Assembly (NCBI GenBank): GCA_963662305.1
Contig: OY759351.1
Location: 960,428 to 1,024,427 of the forward strand
Source: Desulfarculia bacterium
GTDB taxonomy: Bacteria; Desulfobacterota; Desulfarculia; G963662305
Length of the DNA: 64,000 nucleotides
Direction of reading: 5' to 3'
Shown here: positions 1 through 9,631 of the stretch, one piece after another
How the letters are laid out: each line of letters starts with the position of its first letter
Numbering within the stretch: position 1 is the stretch's first letter
Position numbers and translations under genes: made by a program
Notes under the pieces: model-generated
The model's database searches: none
The model's input: the letters and a program-made list of their open reading frames with translations, nothing else
What the model was told of the DNA's origin: nothing

Positions 1-70
1 GGAACTGGTGGCGGCCCTCAGGAGCGGCCGCTATTCTGTTTTGGATTTTGGGGCAGACTGAGAAGGAAAG

Positions 71-1510
71 ATGGTCATGAGCGAGCCGGAAAAGATCGAC
101 TGGACCAAGCTGATTCGGCGGATGGAGCAGCTCCTCCGCCTCAAGTCCTTTCCCGTGGCCTTCAAGATGCTGGAGGACAAGGCCCAGCTGGAGGGCATCC
201 CCTTCATGCGCCGGCCGGAGTCCAAGGTGACCCTGTGCCAGATGATCACCCAGGTGCGCAACTTCGACTGGACCGTGGGGGCCGAGCTCAAGGATTTTAT
301 CTTCCCGGCCTGCCCCGCCGTCATCGGCCTGTGCGATGTGCCGGAGGTGAACAGGGACGGCACCTTCCGCAACATCGTCTGGGTCCAGACCAAGGAGGAT
401 GCGCGCCGCTACGAGGCGGCCATCCCCAGGCTGCCCCTGGACAAATACCAGGCCGTGGCCATGGCCCCCCTGGTCTACAACCCCTTTGAACCGGACATTG
501 TTTTGATCTACGCCAACCCGGCCCAGATGATCGTCCTGATCAACGCCCTCCAGTTCCAGGACTATGAGGTCATGCAGTTCTACTGCGTGGGCGAATCTTC
601 CTGCGCCGACGCCATCGCCCGCTGCTACAACGACGATAGGCCCTCCCTGACCATCCCCTGCTACGGCGAGCGGCGCTACGGTCACGCCCAGGACGAGGAC
701 CTGGTCATGGCCCTGCCCCGGAGAGTGATGGAGAAGGCCCTGGCCGGGCTGGAGACCCTCTACCGCAAGGGGGTTCGCTACCCCATCAGCTTTGCCGGGG
801 CCGAGAGCGACATGGCGGCCAAGTTTCCCCCGGCCTACCTGGGCCTGGAGGAGATGATGGGAAAAGTCCGGGGCGACGGCCAAAGGACCCTGGTGGGGGT
901 GACCGGCTCCATCGCCTGCGGCAAATCCACGGTGACCGACATGTTGGAGGAGCTGGGCGCGCCCCTGATCGATTTCGACATCCTGGCCCGGGAGGTGGTG
1001 GAGCCGGGACGGCGGGCCTACAAGGAGATCGTGGACTATTTCGGCAAGCAGGTTCTCAATGAGGACGAGACCCTGGACCGCAAGAAGATCTCCGACATCG
1101 TTTTCGGCGATCTGGAAAAGAGAAAGAAGCTGGAAGGCTTCACCCATCCCCGCATTTACGAGGAATTTTTCCGCCGGGTGGAGGAGATCTCTTCCTCGGA
1201 CCCGGCGGCCGTGATCCAGGTGGCTGTTCCCCTGCTCATCGAGGTGAACATGCAGTACCTGTTCGACAAGCTCATCGTGGTCTACCTCTCCCCGGAGAGC
1301 CAGGCCCAAAGGCTGGCCCAACGGGACGGCATCGGCCTGGAGGAGGCCACCAGGATCATCTCCTCCCAGTTGCCCATTGACCAGAAGGTCGGCTACGCCG
1401 ATTATGTGGTCGACAACGGGGGCGCCCTGGAGGAGACCAGGGTCCAGGTGGAAAAGGTCTGGGCCAGATTGCAGCAGATCCGGAAACAGAAAATGAAAAC
1501 CGCCCCGTGA
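71..1510 (+). CDS. coaE: DUF169 domain fused to dephospho-CoA kinase (CoaE) domain
   Basis: The C-terminal ~190 aa have a Walker A motif (GVTGSIACGKST) and a CoaE-like layout. The N-terminal ~260 aa resemble DUF169. ATG at 71 is preceded by a GAAGGAAAG ribosome-binding site. Confidence 0.7.
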   Translation: MVMSEPEKIDWTKLIRRMEQLLRLKSFPVAFKMLEDKAQLEGIPFMRRPESKVTLCQMITQVRNFDWTVGAELKDFIFPACPAVIGLCDVPEVNRDGTFRNIVWVQTKEDARRYEAAIPRLPLDKYQAVAMAPLVYNPFEPDIVLIYANPAQMIVLINALQFQDYEVMQFYCVGESSCADAIARCYNDDRPSLTIPCYGERRYGHAQDEDLVMALPRRVMEKALAGLETLYRKGVRYPISFAGAESDMAAKFPPAYLGLEEMMGKVRGDGQRTLVGVTGSIACGKSTVTDMLEELGAPLIDFDILAREVVEPGRRAYKEIVDYFGKQVLNEDETLDRKKISDIVFGDLEKRKKLEGFTHPRIYEEFFRRVEEISSSDPAAVIQVAVPLLIEVNMQYLFDKLIVVYLSPESQAQRLAQRDGIGLEEATRIISSQLPIDQKVGYADYVVDNGGALEETRVQVEKVWARLQQIRKQKMKTAP

Positions 1511-1533
1511 GTTGAGTACAACCAGGAGGAATA

Positions 1534-2283
1534 ATGAGTTCGGAGTTACGTTCGGTGGAAAAACTGAACAAGGAGGAACTGATCCGGTTCGTGGTGGACG
1601 TGTTTCACCGGACCGTGGTTCATTACGGCCTTTGGCTGAGGGAGGCCGAGTATAACCTGGGCCTGAAAGCGGCCGCCAAAACAGAGGACCAGGTCTTTAA
1701 GACCAGCTTCAAGATCCAGATGAAGCGGCTGTCCAAGATCCTGGGCTTTGAGATAAACGAGGACGGCGTGCCCGCCCGGCTTACGGAGATGGATAACCGG
1801 GAGCTGCTGGAACTGGCCCAGGCCCAATCCGTCAACTGGCTGGCCAACGACGGGGTCTGGTTCCAGGGAGTGGAAAACGGGTACAGCATGGCCACGGCCA
1901 AGCGCCTCAACGACACCTGCTGGACCCGCTATTCCCCCTTTGAGGCGGAGCGGATCAAGGCCCTCCTGAACCTGGGCGACCGCAGCGGCCTGGAGGGGCT
2001 CAAGGAGGCCCTGGGGTTCCGGACCTACGCCATGGTCAACAAACAGTCCATCCACGACACGGAGGACGGCGGGTTCATCTTCCAGATGAACGACTGCCGG
2101 GTCCAGGCCGCCCGCAAGCGCAAGGGGCTGCCCGACTACCCCTGCCACTCGGTGGGCAACGTGGAGTACCCCTATTTCGCCTCGGCCATAGATGCCAGGA
2201 TCAAGACCGAGTGCATCGGCTGTCCGCCGGACGAGCATCCGCCGGAGTGGTACTGCGCCTGGAAGTTCACCCTGGAGGAGTAA
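1534..2283 (+). CDS. conserved hypothetical protein with a C-terminal Cys cluster (CHSVG...CIGCP...C)
   Basis: 249-aa ORF with coding-like composition and a GGAGG ribosome-binding site; I recognise no family. Confidence 0.5.
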   Translation: MSSELRSVEKLNKEELIRFVVDVFHRTVVHYGLWLREAEYNLGLKAAAKTEDQVFKTSFKIQMKRLSKILGFEINEDGVPARLTEMDNRELLELAQAQSVNWLANDGVWFQGVENGYSMATAKRLNDTCWTRYSPFEAERIKALLNLGDRSGLEGLKEALGFRTYAMVNKQSIHDTEDGGFIFQMNDCRVQAARKRKGLPDYPCHSVGNVEYPYFASAIDARIKTECIGCPPDEHPPEWYCAWKFTLEE

Positions 2284-2301
2284 TGTAACGCCGGCCCTTG
2301 G

Positions 2302-2448
2302 CGGTGTCGGGGGTGCGACCCCGACACCGCGTAAGTGGGTAAAGCCCCATTTATTCCATGGCGTCAGGGACGCAGCCCTGACACCACATCATCTACTCCA
2401 TCCCTATTTTGATCAGGTGGCGTCAGGGCTGCGTACCCGACGCCAAAA
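2302..2448. repeat. cluster of GC-rich palindromic repeats (REP-like)
   Basis: The cluster holds gcggtgtcgggggtgcgaccccgacaccgc (12-bp stem), ggcgtcagggacgcagccctgacacc and ggtggcgtcagggctgcgtacccgacgcc. Confidence 0.55.
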
Positions 2449-2461
2449 TCCGGGAGCGCTC

Positions 2462-2746
2462 ATGGACGACGACTGGTCGCCCTTTCCGGAACCGGTGAAG
2501 GTGGAGCTGGGGGACACCCTGGATCTGCACCTGTTCCGGCCCCAGGAGGTGGCCGACCTCATGGCCGACTGGCTGGCCCATTGCCAAGAGGCCGGGATAG
2601 CCGAAGCCAGGGTCATCCACGGCCGGGGCAAGGGAGTGCTGCGGCCCCGGGTCCATTCAATATTGGGCAAACACCCACTTGTAGACTCCTTTGCCGTGGA
2701 ACCGGCCAATCCCGGAGCCACCCTGGTCAGGCTGAAGACCCCTTGA
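2462..2746 (+). CDS. Smr domain protein
   Basis: Smr/MutS2-C-like motifs LDLHLF...VIHGRGKGVLR; start chosen at the in-frame ATG at 2462. Confidence 0.6.
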   Translation: MDDDWSPFPEPVKVELGDTLDLHLFRPQEVADLMADWLAHCQEAGIAEARVIHGRGKGVLRPRVHSILGKHPLVDSFAVEPANPGATLVRLKTP

Positions 2747-3584
2747 CCGCTTTTTTCGTTCTCAGGGGTTGGCAGGAGGGGCAGAAAAAGGTGGACCGTC
2801 CGCCCACCACGGTTCTTTCCACCAGGCGGCCGCAGACCGGGCAGGGTTTGTTCTTGCGGCCGTAGACCTTGTGTCTGGTCTGGAAATAGCCCAGACTTCC
2901 CTCGGCGTCCTCAAAGTCGGAGATGGAGGAGCCGCCGCACTCCACGGCCTCGCACAGGACCTCCTTCATGGCCCGGAAAAGTTCCTTGGCCTTGGGCCGC
3001 GAGATGGTCTCGGCGGTCTGCAGGGGATGGAGTCCGGCCCGGAACAGGGTTTCGTCCACGTAGATGTTGCCCAGTCCGGCCATGAAGGCCTGGTTAAGCA
3101 GCAGGGGTTTGATCCGGCCTCTTCTCCCGGCCAGCCGGTCCAGGAACTCCTGTTTCCTGATCTCCAGGGCGTCCGGCCCCAGCCCCTTTCGGTCCATCCA
3201 GGAGTCCAGGTCCCGGGGATTGATGAGGCGGAACCAGCCGAACTGCCTCACATCCCGGTAGCGCAGTTGGAACTCCGCATCCTGAAAGAGGAAACAGAGA
3301 TGGGTGTGTTTGGGCCGGGGCTGGTCCGGGGCGGCGAAGGTGAAGGTCCCGGTCATGCGCAGGTGGACCCCGATGAGGAACTCGGGAGTGTGGATAAAGA
3401 GAACCTTGCCGTGCCTGGTCACGTCCGTTATCCGGGCTCCCCGCAGCCTGCTGGCAAACTCCGCGGTATCTCCGTCCACCATCTTGTCCAGGGTTACCTC
3501 CACCTTTTCCAGGCTTCGGCCGATGAGCTTGCGGCGCAGCCCCTTGGCCACGGTTTCCACTTCGGGTAATTCCGGCAAATTCAA
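2727..3584 (-). CDS. mutM: formamidopyrimidine-DNA glycosylase
   Basis: N-terminal MPELPEVE, H2TH region and C-terminal CPxCG zinc finger. Confidence 0.85.
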   Translation of the reverse strand: MNLPELPEVETVAKGLRRKLIGRSLEKVEVTLDKMVDGDTAEFASRLRGARITDVTRHGKVLFIHTPEFLIGVHLRMTGTFTFAAPDQPRPKHTHLCFLFQDAEFQLRYRDVRQFGWFRLINPRDLDSWMDRKGLGPDALEIRKQEFLDRLAGRRGRIKPLLLNQAFMAGLGNIYVDETLFRAGLHPLQTAETISRPKAKELFRAMKEVLCEAVECGGSSISDFEDAEGSLGYFQTRHKVYGRKNKPCPVCGRLVERTVVGGRSTFFCPSCQPLRTKKAVKGSSA

Positions 3585-3879
3585 TCTCCTCTTTCGTGGT
3601 CTGAAACCGGGTTTTCCGGCTTCCCGCTCTCACCCGGTCGATTATGTTAAAGATGGGTCCTATAAGGCCCCTGTCAAGGCCGGAGTACGGTCCCGGGGCG
3701 GCCCGCCGGCTCGGCCTTGGAGGATTCGGTCGGCCCGGTCGGCAGGCGGCTGTTTTTTGCCGCCTGCGATCCTCTGGAACGACAGCCGATTGGATGGATA
3801 TGATGAATACCTTCCAACAGCCGCCTGCCGACCGGGCGTCATTCCGGCCGCCGCGCCGCGATTTGGGAATGGTTTTTAA

Positions 3880-3907
3880 TTGACACAAGCCCAGGAAAGG
3901 ATAGGAT
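3880..3907 (+). promoter_or_regulatory. sigma70-like promoter for the tRNA (TTGACA, 16-nt spacer, TAGGAT)
   Basis: TTGACA at 3880-3885; a -10-like hexamer ends about 13 nt before the tRNA 5' end. Confidence 0.35.
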
Positions 3908-3920
3908 AAGAGGTTCCGGT

Positions 3921-3998
3921 GGGCCCATAGCTCAGTCTGGTTAGAGCCACCGGCTCATAACCGGTAGGTCCCTGGTTCGAAGCCAGGTGGGCCCACCA
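3921..3998 (+). tRNA. tRNA with CAU anticodon (elongator Met or lysidine-modified Ile2), CCA encoded
   Basis: Cloverleaf can be drawn: acceptor gggccca/tgggccc, anticodon loop ctCATaa, T-loop GGTTCGAAGCC. G1-C72 pairing argues against an initiator tRNA. Confidence 0.9.
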
Positions 3999-4124
3999 CA
4001 AAAATTTTCACGGGCGGGAGTGGGCCGAGTTGGAACTCTCAGCAAAACAGTCGGGTTCGACCGAAGAAGATCACATGGGGCGCCCTGGCGGACGGGGCGC
4101 CCCATCTCTTTTCCGGGGGATTGG

Positions 4125-4931
4125 ATGAAACCGGTCGGGCTCGGTTTTATAATGGGGCTCTTGGAAGATCTGGCCCCCTCCGGTCTGGCCGAAAGTTGGG
4201 ACAACGTGGGCCTGATGATCGGCTCTCGTGAAGACCCTGTAACAGGTATAATGGTCTCTCTGGACCCCACCGTGGAAGCCGTGGCAGCGACTCGACGGTC
4301 CGATCTGAACCTGCTCATCACTCACCATCCCCTCCTTTTCAAACCCCTTTCCTCAGTGGACCCTTCAACTCCCACGGGTGCGGTGGTCTACCGGGCCGTC
4401 CGGGAGGGGGTCGGCATCCTGGCCGCCCACACCAATCTGGATTCGGCCCAAGGCGGGGTGAACGACGCCCTGGCCGACCTGCTGGGGCTCAAGGAGACCG
4501 CTCCGCTCATTCCCGCTGTGGACCGGGTTGGCGCAGGGATGGGCCGCCTGGGTCTCCTGGACCCTCCATTGACCTTGGGCGAGGTGGCGGCCAAGGTTAA
4601 GGAGGTCTTAGGAATAAGCTCGTTGCGGATGGTCGGTCTCTCAGAACGGACCATTAGGCGGGTGGCTCTCTGTGGGGGGGCGGGCGGTGAGCTGGTGGGA
4701 ATCGCCCGGGACAGCGGCGCCGACCTGTACATCACCGGTGAGGCGGCCCATCACCACGCCCGGGAGGCCGAATTCAGGGGCTTGGCTCTGATCGAGGCCG
4801 GACACTATGCCACCGAGGTTCCCGTGGTGCCGGTTCTGGCCCGCAGACTTAAAGAAGCGTTGAACGCGGCGGGATTTCCGCTGGCGGTAAGTATTTTCGA
4901 AGAAGAGAGGGCGCCCTACGTTCCCAGTTAG
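4125..4931 (+). CDS. Nif3-like dinuclear metal centre protein (YqfO/YbgI family)
   Basis: LAESWDNVGLMIG and HHPLLF motifs; start at ATG 4125, in frame with the longer listed ORF. Confidence 0.8.
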   Translation: MKPVGLGFIMGLLEDLAPSGLAESWDNVGLMIGSREDPVTGIMVSLDPTVEAVAATRRSDLNLLITHHPLLFKPLSSVDPSTPTGAVVYRAVREGVGILAAHTNLDSAQGGVNDALADLLGLKETAPLIPAVDRVGAGMGRLGLLDPPLTLGEVAAKVKEVLGISSLRMVGLSERTIRRVALCGGAGGELVGIARDSGADLYITGEAAHHHAREAEFRGLALIEAGHYATEVPVVPVLARRLKEALNAAGFPLAVSIFEEERAPYVPS

Positions 4932-4966
4932 GGTCCGGGGCGTTCTGCCAAGAGGTCGAGGAACGG

Positions 4967-5686
4967 ATGTCAGAGATAAAAGAACAGATTAAAAATTTGC
5001 TGGAACTCCAGGAAGTGGATACTCATCTCAGGATTTTGGTCGAGGAAAGAGATCAGGCTCCGCTGCGAGTGGCTGAACTGGAGAAGCGCCGTGACCAACA
5101 ACAGGAAACCCTGGACAACCTGAAGGTCGAGCAGTCAGAGCTGGAGGCCAGGCGCAAGGAGTTGCAGAAGAAGATCGACGACAACACCAGGAACACGGGG
5201 CGCAGCCAGAAACGGTTGTCAGAGATCAAGAACGTCCGGCAGCACAAAGCCATGCTCAAGGAGATCGAGGACCTGAAACTGGCCAAGGAAGACCTGGAAG
5301 AGGAGATCCTGGAGATCCTGGAGAACCTGGAAGAGGTCAATCCCCAAGTGGAGGCGCTGGCTCCTGCCCTGGAGGAGACGGTCAAGGCTCTGGAGGATGA
5401 GAAGGCCGAGCTGGATGCCACCGTGGACAAGATGAACAGCGATATCAAAAGGCTGACCAAGGAAAGGGCAGAGAATGCGTCCCGGATCAGCCCGGAGCTC
5501 CTGGGACAGTACGAGTTCATCAGCAAGCGGCTCAACGAGGCCGCGGTGGCCCCGGTGCTGGACGGCACCTGCCAGATCTGCCACATGCGGTTGACCCCCC
5601 AGCAGGCCATCGAACTGCAGCGAATGGACCGGATGATGAACTGTCCCAACTGCCAGAGGATCATCTACTGGGCCGGTGAAGAATAG
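4967..5686 (+). CDS. coiled-coil zinc-ribbon protein (COG1579/DUF164 family)
   Basis: Long heptad-rich region followed by C-terminal CQICHMRL...CPNCQRI zinc ribbon; typical partner of Nif3. Confidence 0.75.
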   Translation: MSEIKEQIKNLLELQEVDTHLRILVEERDQAPLRVAELEKRRDQQQETLDNLKVEQSELEARRKELQKKIDDNTRNTGRSQKRLSEIKNVRQHKAMLKEIEDLKLAKEDLEEEILEILENLEEVNPQVEALAPALEETVKALEDEKAELDATVDKMNSDIKRLTKERAENASRISPELLGQYEFISKRLNEAAVAPVLDGTCQICHMRLTPQQAIELQRMDRMMNCPNCQRIIYWAGEE

Positions 5687-5729
5687 GCCGTCCGGGCGGG
5701 GTCCCTTGGATAACCTCAAAAAATCGAGG

Positions 5730-6347
5730 ATGATGGCCGCTCTGGCCAGGGAGCTGGATCTGGACCGGGCCATGGCCCGGGAGCCGGGCCTGGACCGCCG
5801 GGAATGGCGGTCGGTTCTGGAAGAGGCCTCGCGTCTTTTCCGCCCGGACTGCGGGGAACCCCCGGAGTTTCCTGGCGAGGACGGAACGAAAACCGCGCCC
5901 GAACAGCCTTCCGCCACCCCCCGTCAAGAGCCCTTAAACCAGCCGGCCAGGCCGGTCCTGTTCACCGACGGGGCCAGCCGGGGCAATCCGGGTCCGGCCG
6001 CGGCCGGCGCGGCGGTTTTTCTGGGCCAGGACCAGGTCGGCTCCCTTTCCCGGGCCCTGGGGATCAAGACCAATAACCAGGCCGAGTACCAGGCCCTTCT
6101 GCTGGGGTTGAAGCTAGTCCGGGAGCTGGGCTTCGATCAGGTCTCCATCCGCTCCGACAGCCAACTCATGGTCCGCCAGATCCAGGGCCGCTACAAGGTC
6201 AAAGACTCCAAGCTGAAGCCTCTTTTCGACCAGGCCAGGAGTGCCTTGAAAGAGTTCTCCGGCTATGATATTGTTCATGTAGAAAGAGGACTTAACCGCA
6301 TCGCCGACGGACTGGCCAATCAGGCCCTGGACGCCGGCGGAGGTTGA
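5730..6347 (+). CDS. rnhA: RNase H-fold ribonuclease with a Pro/Glu-rich N-terminal extension
   Basis: The RNase H catalytic motifs are TDGASRGNPGPA, NNQAEYQALL, RSDSQLMV and RIADGLAN. The start is uncertain: GTG 5676 or ATG 5730. Confidence 0.7.
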   Translation: MMAALARELDLDRAMAREPGLDRREWRSVLEEASRLFRPDCGEPPEFPGEDGTKTAPEQPSATPRQEPLNQPARPVLFTDGASRGNPGPAAAGAAVFLGQDQVGSLSRALGIKTNNQAEYQALLLGLKLVRELGFDQVSIRSDSQLMVRQIQGRYKVKDSKLKPLFDQARSALKEFSGYDIVHVERGLNRIADGLANQALDAGGG

Positions 6348-6353
6348 ATGAAC

Positions 6354-6743
6354 GCGGGCCGGAGAGGGACAGGCGGCCGCTGGCCTCGTTTTGAGGCGGG
6401 AGGAAAGTCCGAGCTCCACAGGGCAGGGTGCTGGCTAACGGCCAGTGGGGGCGACCCCAAGGACAGTGCCACAGAGAACAGACCGCCCCGGATCCTGCCT
6501 GGCAGGGCCGGGGTAAGGGTGAAACGGCGAGGTAAGAGCTCACCAGTTCCGGGGGCGACTCCGGAAGCTTGGTAAACCCCACCCGGAGCAAGACCATATA
6601 GGGGGGCGCTGGAGGATGGCCCGTCCGAGTCCCCGGGTAGGTTGCTGGAGGCGCCGGGTAACCGGCGTCCTAGAGGAATGGTCGCCGCCCCGGACCTTTA
6701 TCGGCCGGGGAACAGAACTCGGCTTACGGCCCTCTCCGGCCCG
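6354..6743 (+). ncRNA. rnpB: RNase P RNA, bacterial type A
   Basis: GGAGGAAAGTCCGAGCTCCACAGGGCAGGGTGCTGGCTAACGGCCAG... matches the conserved P4/P5-P7 core of M1 RNA; GGTAAGAGCTCACCAG and ACCCCACCCGGAGCAAG boxes present. A terminal P1 stem (gcgggccggagaggg / ccctctccggcccg) closes the molecule. Confidence 0.85.
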
Positions 6744-6833
6744 TACATTTTCAGAGGTGGCGTTGTCGGTCCGCGGCAGGACCGCCGTCCGGAATAGATC
6801 TTTAAAAAGCCCTTTGGCGAAACGGAGGCATCC

Positions 6834-7544
6834 GTGGAGGACGAGACTGGAAGAACCCGTTGGGGCGCGGTGGTTCCGGCCGGAGGGCTGGGCGCCAGAA
6901 TGAAGGGCGGAGATCCCAAGCAGTATATCACCCTGGGGCACCGCCCCATCCTGATCCACACCCTGGCCCGCCTGGCCGCCTGTCCCAGCCTGGAAGGGAT
7001 AGTGGTGGCCGCCCCGGCCGACGAGATCCAACGGACCGAAGAGTTGATCAAAAGCTACGGCATCGGCAAGATCCAGGCCATCGTGGCGGGCGGCGATACC
7101 CGGCAGGGGTCTGTCTTTCTGGGCCTCAGTGAGCTGGATCCTTCTTTTGACTACGTGGTGGTCCACGACGGGGTGCGGCCCCTGATGGACCAGGCCATCC
7201 TGGACCGGGTCATGCTGGCCGCCAGGGAGCACGGCGCGGCCACGGCGGCCATCAAAGTCCAGGACACCCTGGCCGAGGTGGACAGGCACTCCCACATCTC
7301 CACCATGCCCTCCAGAGCCAGGCTGTGGCAGGTCCAGACCCCCCAGGCCTTTTGGCGGCCCATCCTGGTCAAGGCCCACAATAAAGCCTGGGCAGATGCC
7401 CATATAGGTACGGACGAGGCCGGGCTGGTGGTCCGCATGGGCCACGAGGTGATGGTGGTGGAAGGCTCTCCCCTGAACCTGAAGGTCACCACCCGCCACG
7501 ATCTGGAGCTGGCCGAGGCCATTGTCGGGCTGCGGGGGGTCTAG
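6834..7544 (+). CDS. ispD: 2-C-methyl-D-erythritol 4-phosphate cytidylyltransferase
   Basis: VVPAGGLGARMKGGDPKQYI N-terminal motif; length and layout as IspD. Confidence 0.85.
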   Translation: MEDETGRTRWGAVVPAGGLGARMKGGDPKQYITLGHRPILIHTLARLAACPSLEGIVVAAPADEIQRTEELIKSYGIGKIQAIVAGGDTRQGSVFLGLSELDPSFDYVVVHDGVRPLMDQAILDRVMLAAREHGAATAAIKVQDTLAEVDRHSHISTMPSRARLWQVQTPQAFWRPILVKAHNKAWADAHIGTDEAGLVVRMGHEVMVVEGSPLNLKVTTRHDLELAEAIVGLRGV

Positions 7545-8024
7545 GTGCGCATCGGACAGGGGTTTGATGTCCACCGCCTGGTTCCCGGCAGGAAGCTGGT
7601 CCTGGGCGGGGTGGAGCTGGACCATCCCCTGGGGCTGGAAGGCCATTCCGACGCGGACGTAATGGTCCACGCCTTGGCCGATGCCCTTCTGGGAGCGGCC
7701 GGCCTGGGCGACATCGGGGCTCATTTTCCGGACACGGACTCCCAGTACAAGGACGCCGATTCCATCCTGCTCCTGGCCAGGGTCGTGGACCTGCTGGCGC
7801 AGAAAAATCTCCGCCCGGTCAACGCGGATCTGACCCTCCTGGCCCAACGGCCCAAGATCGGCCCCCACCGCGGGCGGATGGAGGCCCGCCTCTCAAAAAC
7901 AATGGGCCTTGACCCGAAATTCGTCTCCGTCAAGGCCACCACCACCGAGGGGCTGGGACTGGTGGGCCGGGAGGAGGGCCTGGCCGCCCTGGCCGTGGTC
8001 CTGGTTGAGGAGATAAAGGGATAG
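7545..8024 (+). CDS. ispF: 2-C-methyl-D-erythritol 2,4-cyclodiphosphate synthase
   Basis: RIGQGFDVHRL...HSDADV motifs. GTG start directly abuts the ispD stop. IspD and IspF are separate genes here, not a fusion. Confidence 0.85.
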   Translation: MRIGQGFDVHRLVPGRKLVLGGVELDHPLGLEGHSDADVMVHALADALLGAAGLGDIGAHFPDTDSQYKDADSILLLARVVDLLAQKNLRPVNADLTLLAQRPKIGPHRGRMEARLSKTMGLDPKFVSVKATTTEGLGLVGREEGLAALAVVLVEEIKG

Positions 8025-8197
8025 GACGGTTACGGGCTCTTCCCGCCCTTGGCCGCTTGCCAACCCCCCTTTCAACAACTATATTGAGACTGTTGCAAAA
8101 GCCGTCCCCGGGTTTTGCATTGCTTTCATATTGATGACCGCCCCCGGCCGTTGCAGGGCCGGGGAGCGGATCCAGGCGCAAAGGAAGAACCCGGCCC

Positions 8198-9631
8198 ATG
8201 CTGACCCTATACAACACCGCCACCCGTAAAAAGGAAGAGTTTAAACCCATTGTCCCCGGTCGGGTGGGAATGTACGTCTGCGGGGTCACGGTCTACGATC
8301 GGTGCCACATCGGCCACGCCCGCTCGGCCGTGGTTTTCGACGCCATTGTCCGCTACCTGGAATACTTGGGCTACAAGGTCACCTATGTCCGCAACTTTAC
8401 CGACGTGGACGACAAGATAATCGCCCGGGCCAACCAGGAGGGGATCGATTCGGCCGAGGTGGCCCAGAGGAACATCGAGGCCTTTTACGAGGACATGAAT
8501 CCCCTGGGGTTGCGCCGGCCCGATGTCGAGCCCAGGGCCACGGAGCACATCGCCGAAATCATCAAGGCCGTATCCGGGCTGGTGGACAAGGCAGCGGCCT
8601 ATGAATCCCAGGGCGACGTCTATTTTGCGGTGGACAACTACGCGGCCTACGGCGATCTGTCGGGCCGCAACCTGGACGACATGCGAGCCGGGGCCAGGGT
8701 GGCCGTGGACGAGCGCAAGCGCAATCCCTACGATTTCGCCCTGTGGAAGACCTCCAAGCCTGGTGAACCCTCCTGGGAGAGCCCCTGGGGCCGGGGGCGG
8801 CCCGGCTGGCACATCGAATGCTCGGCCATGTCCTCCAAGTATCTGGGGCTGCCCTTCGATATCCACGGCGGGGGCGAGGACCTGATCTTCCCCCACCACG
8901 AGAACGAGAAAGCCCAGGCCGAGGCCCTCACCGGCGGCCGCTTCGTCAACTACTGGATGCACAACGGATTCGTCCGTATCGATCAGGAGAAGATGTCCAA
9001 ATCCCTGGGCAATTTTTTGACCATCCAGGATATCCTGAAAAAATATCACCCCGAGGTGTTGCGCCTGTTCCTGCTCTCGGCCCACTACCGCTCCCCCCTG
9101 GACTACAGCCAGGAGGCCATGGCCGAGGCTGACGAGGGGCTGAGCCGCCTCTACGAGACCCTGGCCCGAATCCAGACCCAGCTGGCCGTGGAGCGGCCCG
9201 CGGAGGGCGGGCCCCTGGCCGATCTGGCCGCCAAGACGCGTGAGCTTTTTCTGGCGGCCATGGATAACGACTTCAACTCAGCCCAGGCCATGGGCCATCT
9301 CTTCTCTCTGGCCAGGGCGGCTAACCGGGCCCTGGAGACTGGGAAAAAGTTGGGCGGCCTCCAGACCGTGCCGGAGACCTTGACCGAATTGGCCGGTGTC
9401 TTGGGGCTCCTATCCCACGCCCCGGAAGATTTCGCCTCGGAGCGGGAGGCCTTGCTGGTGAACCGGGACGGGCTGGACCCCAAGGCCATCCAGAGGCTGG
9501 TGGAGGAGCGGACCCGGGCCCGCCAAGACAAGGATTTCGCCAAGGCCGACCAGATCCGTGACCGGCTGGTGGATCTGGGCGTGGTTATTCTGGATTCGCC
9601 GGAAGGGACCACCTGGAAGCTTAAGGGTTAG
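8198..9631 (+). CDS. cysS: cysteine--tRNA ligase
   Basis: HIGH motif (CHIGHARS), KMSKS motif and zinc-binding cysteines. Confidence 0.9.
   Translation: MLTLYNTATRKKEEFKPIVPGRVGMYVCGVTVYDRCHIGHARSAVVFDAIVRYLEYLGYKVTYVRNFTDVDDKIIARANQEGIDSAEVAQRNIEAFYEDMNPLGLRRPDVEPRATEHIAEIIKAVSGLVDKAAAYESQGDVYFAVDNYAAYGDLSGRNLDDMRAGARVAVDERKRNPYDFALWKTSKPGEPSWESPWGRGRPGWHIECSAMSSKYLGLPFDIHGGGEDLIFPHHENEKAQAEALTGGRFVNYWMHNGFVRIDQEKMSKSLGNFLTIQDILKKYHPEVLRLFLLSAHYRSPLDYSQEAMAEADEGLSRLYETLARIQTQLAVERPAEGGPLADLAAKTRELFLAAMDNDFNSAQAMGHLFSLARAANRALETGKKLGGLQTVPETLTELAGVLGLLSHAPEDFASEREALLVNRDGLDPKAIQRLVEERTRARQDKDFAKADQIRDRLVDLGVVILDSPEGTTWKLKG

Noticed and set aside
6292-6903. ORFs 6348-6575 (+), 6292-6597 (-), 6616-6903 (+) and the 442-aa ORF 6540-7868 (-)
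   Set aside because: They overlap the RNase P RNA gene and ispD. They are GC-rich open frames with no motif support; the locus is explained by rnpB plus ispD.
8810-8830. Sigma-54 promoter-like TGGCAC-N5-ATGCT
   Set aside because: It lies inside the cysS coding region, has an imperfect -12 element and no downstream gene; judged a chance match.
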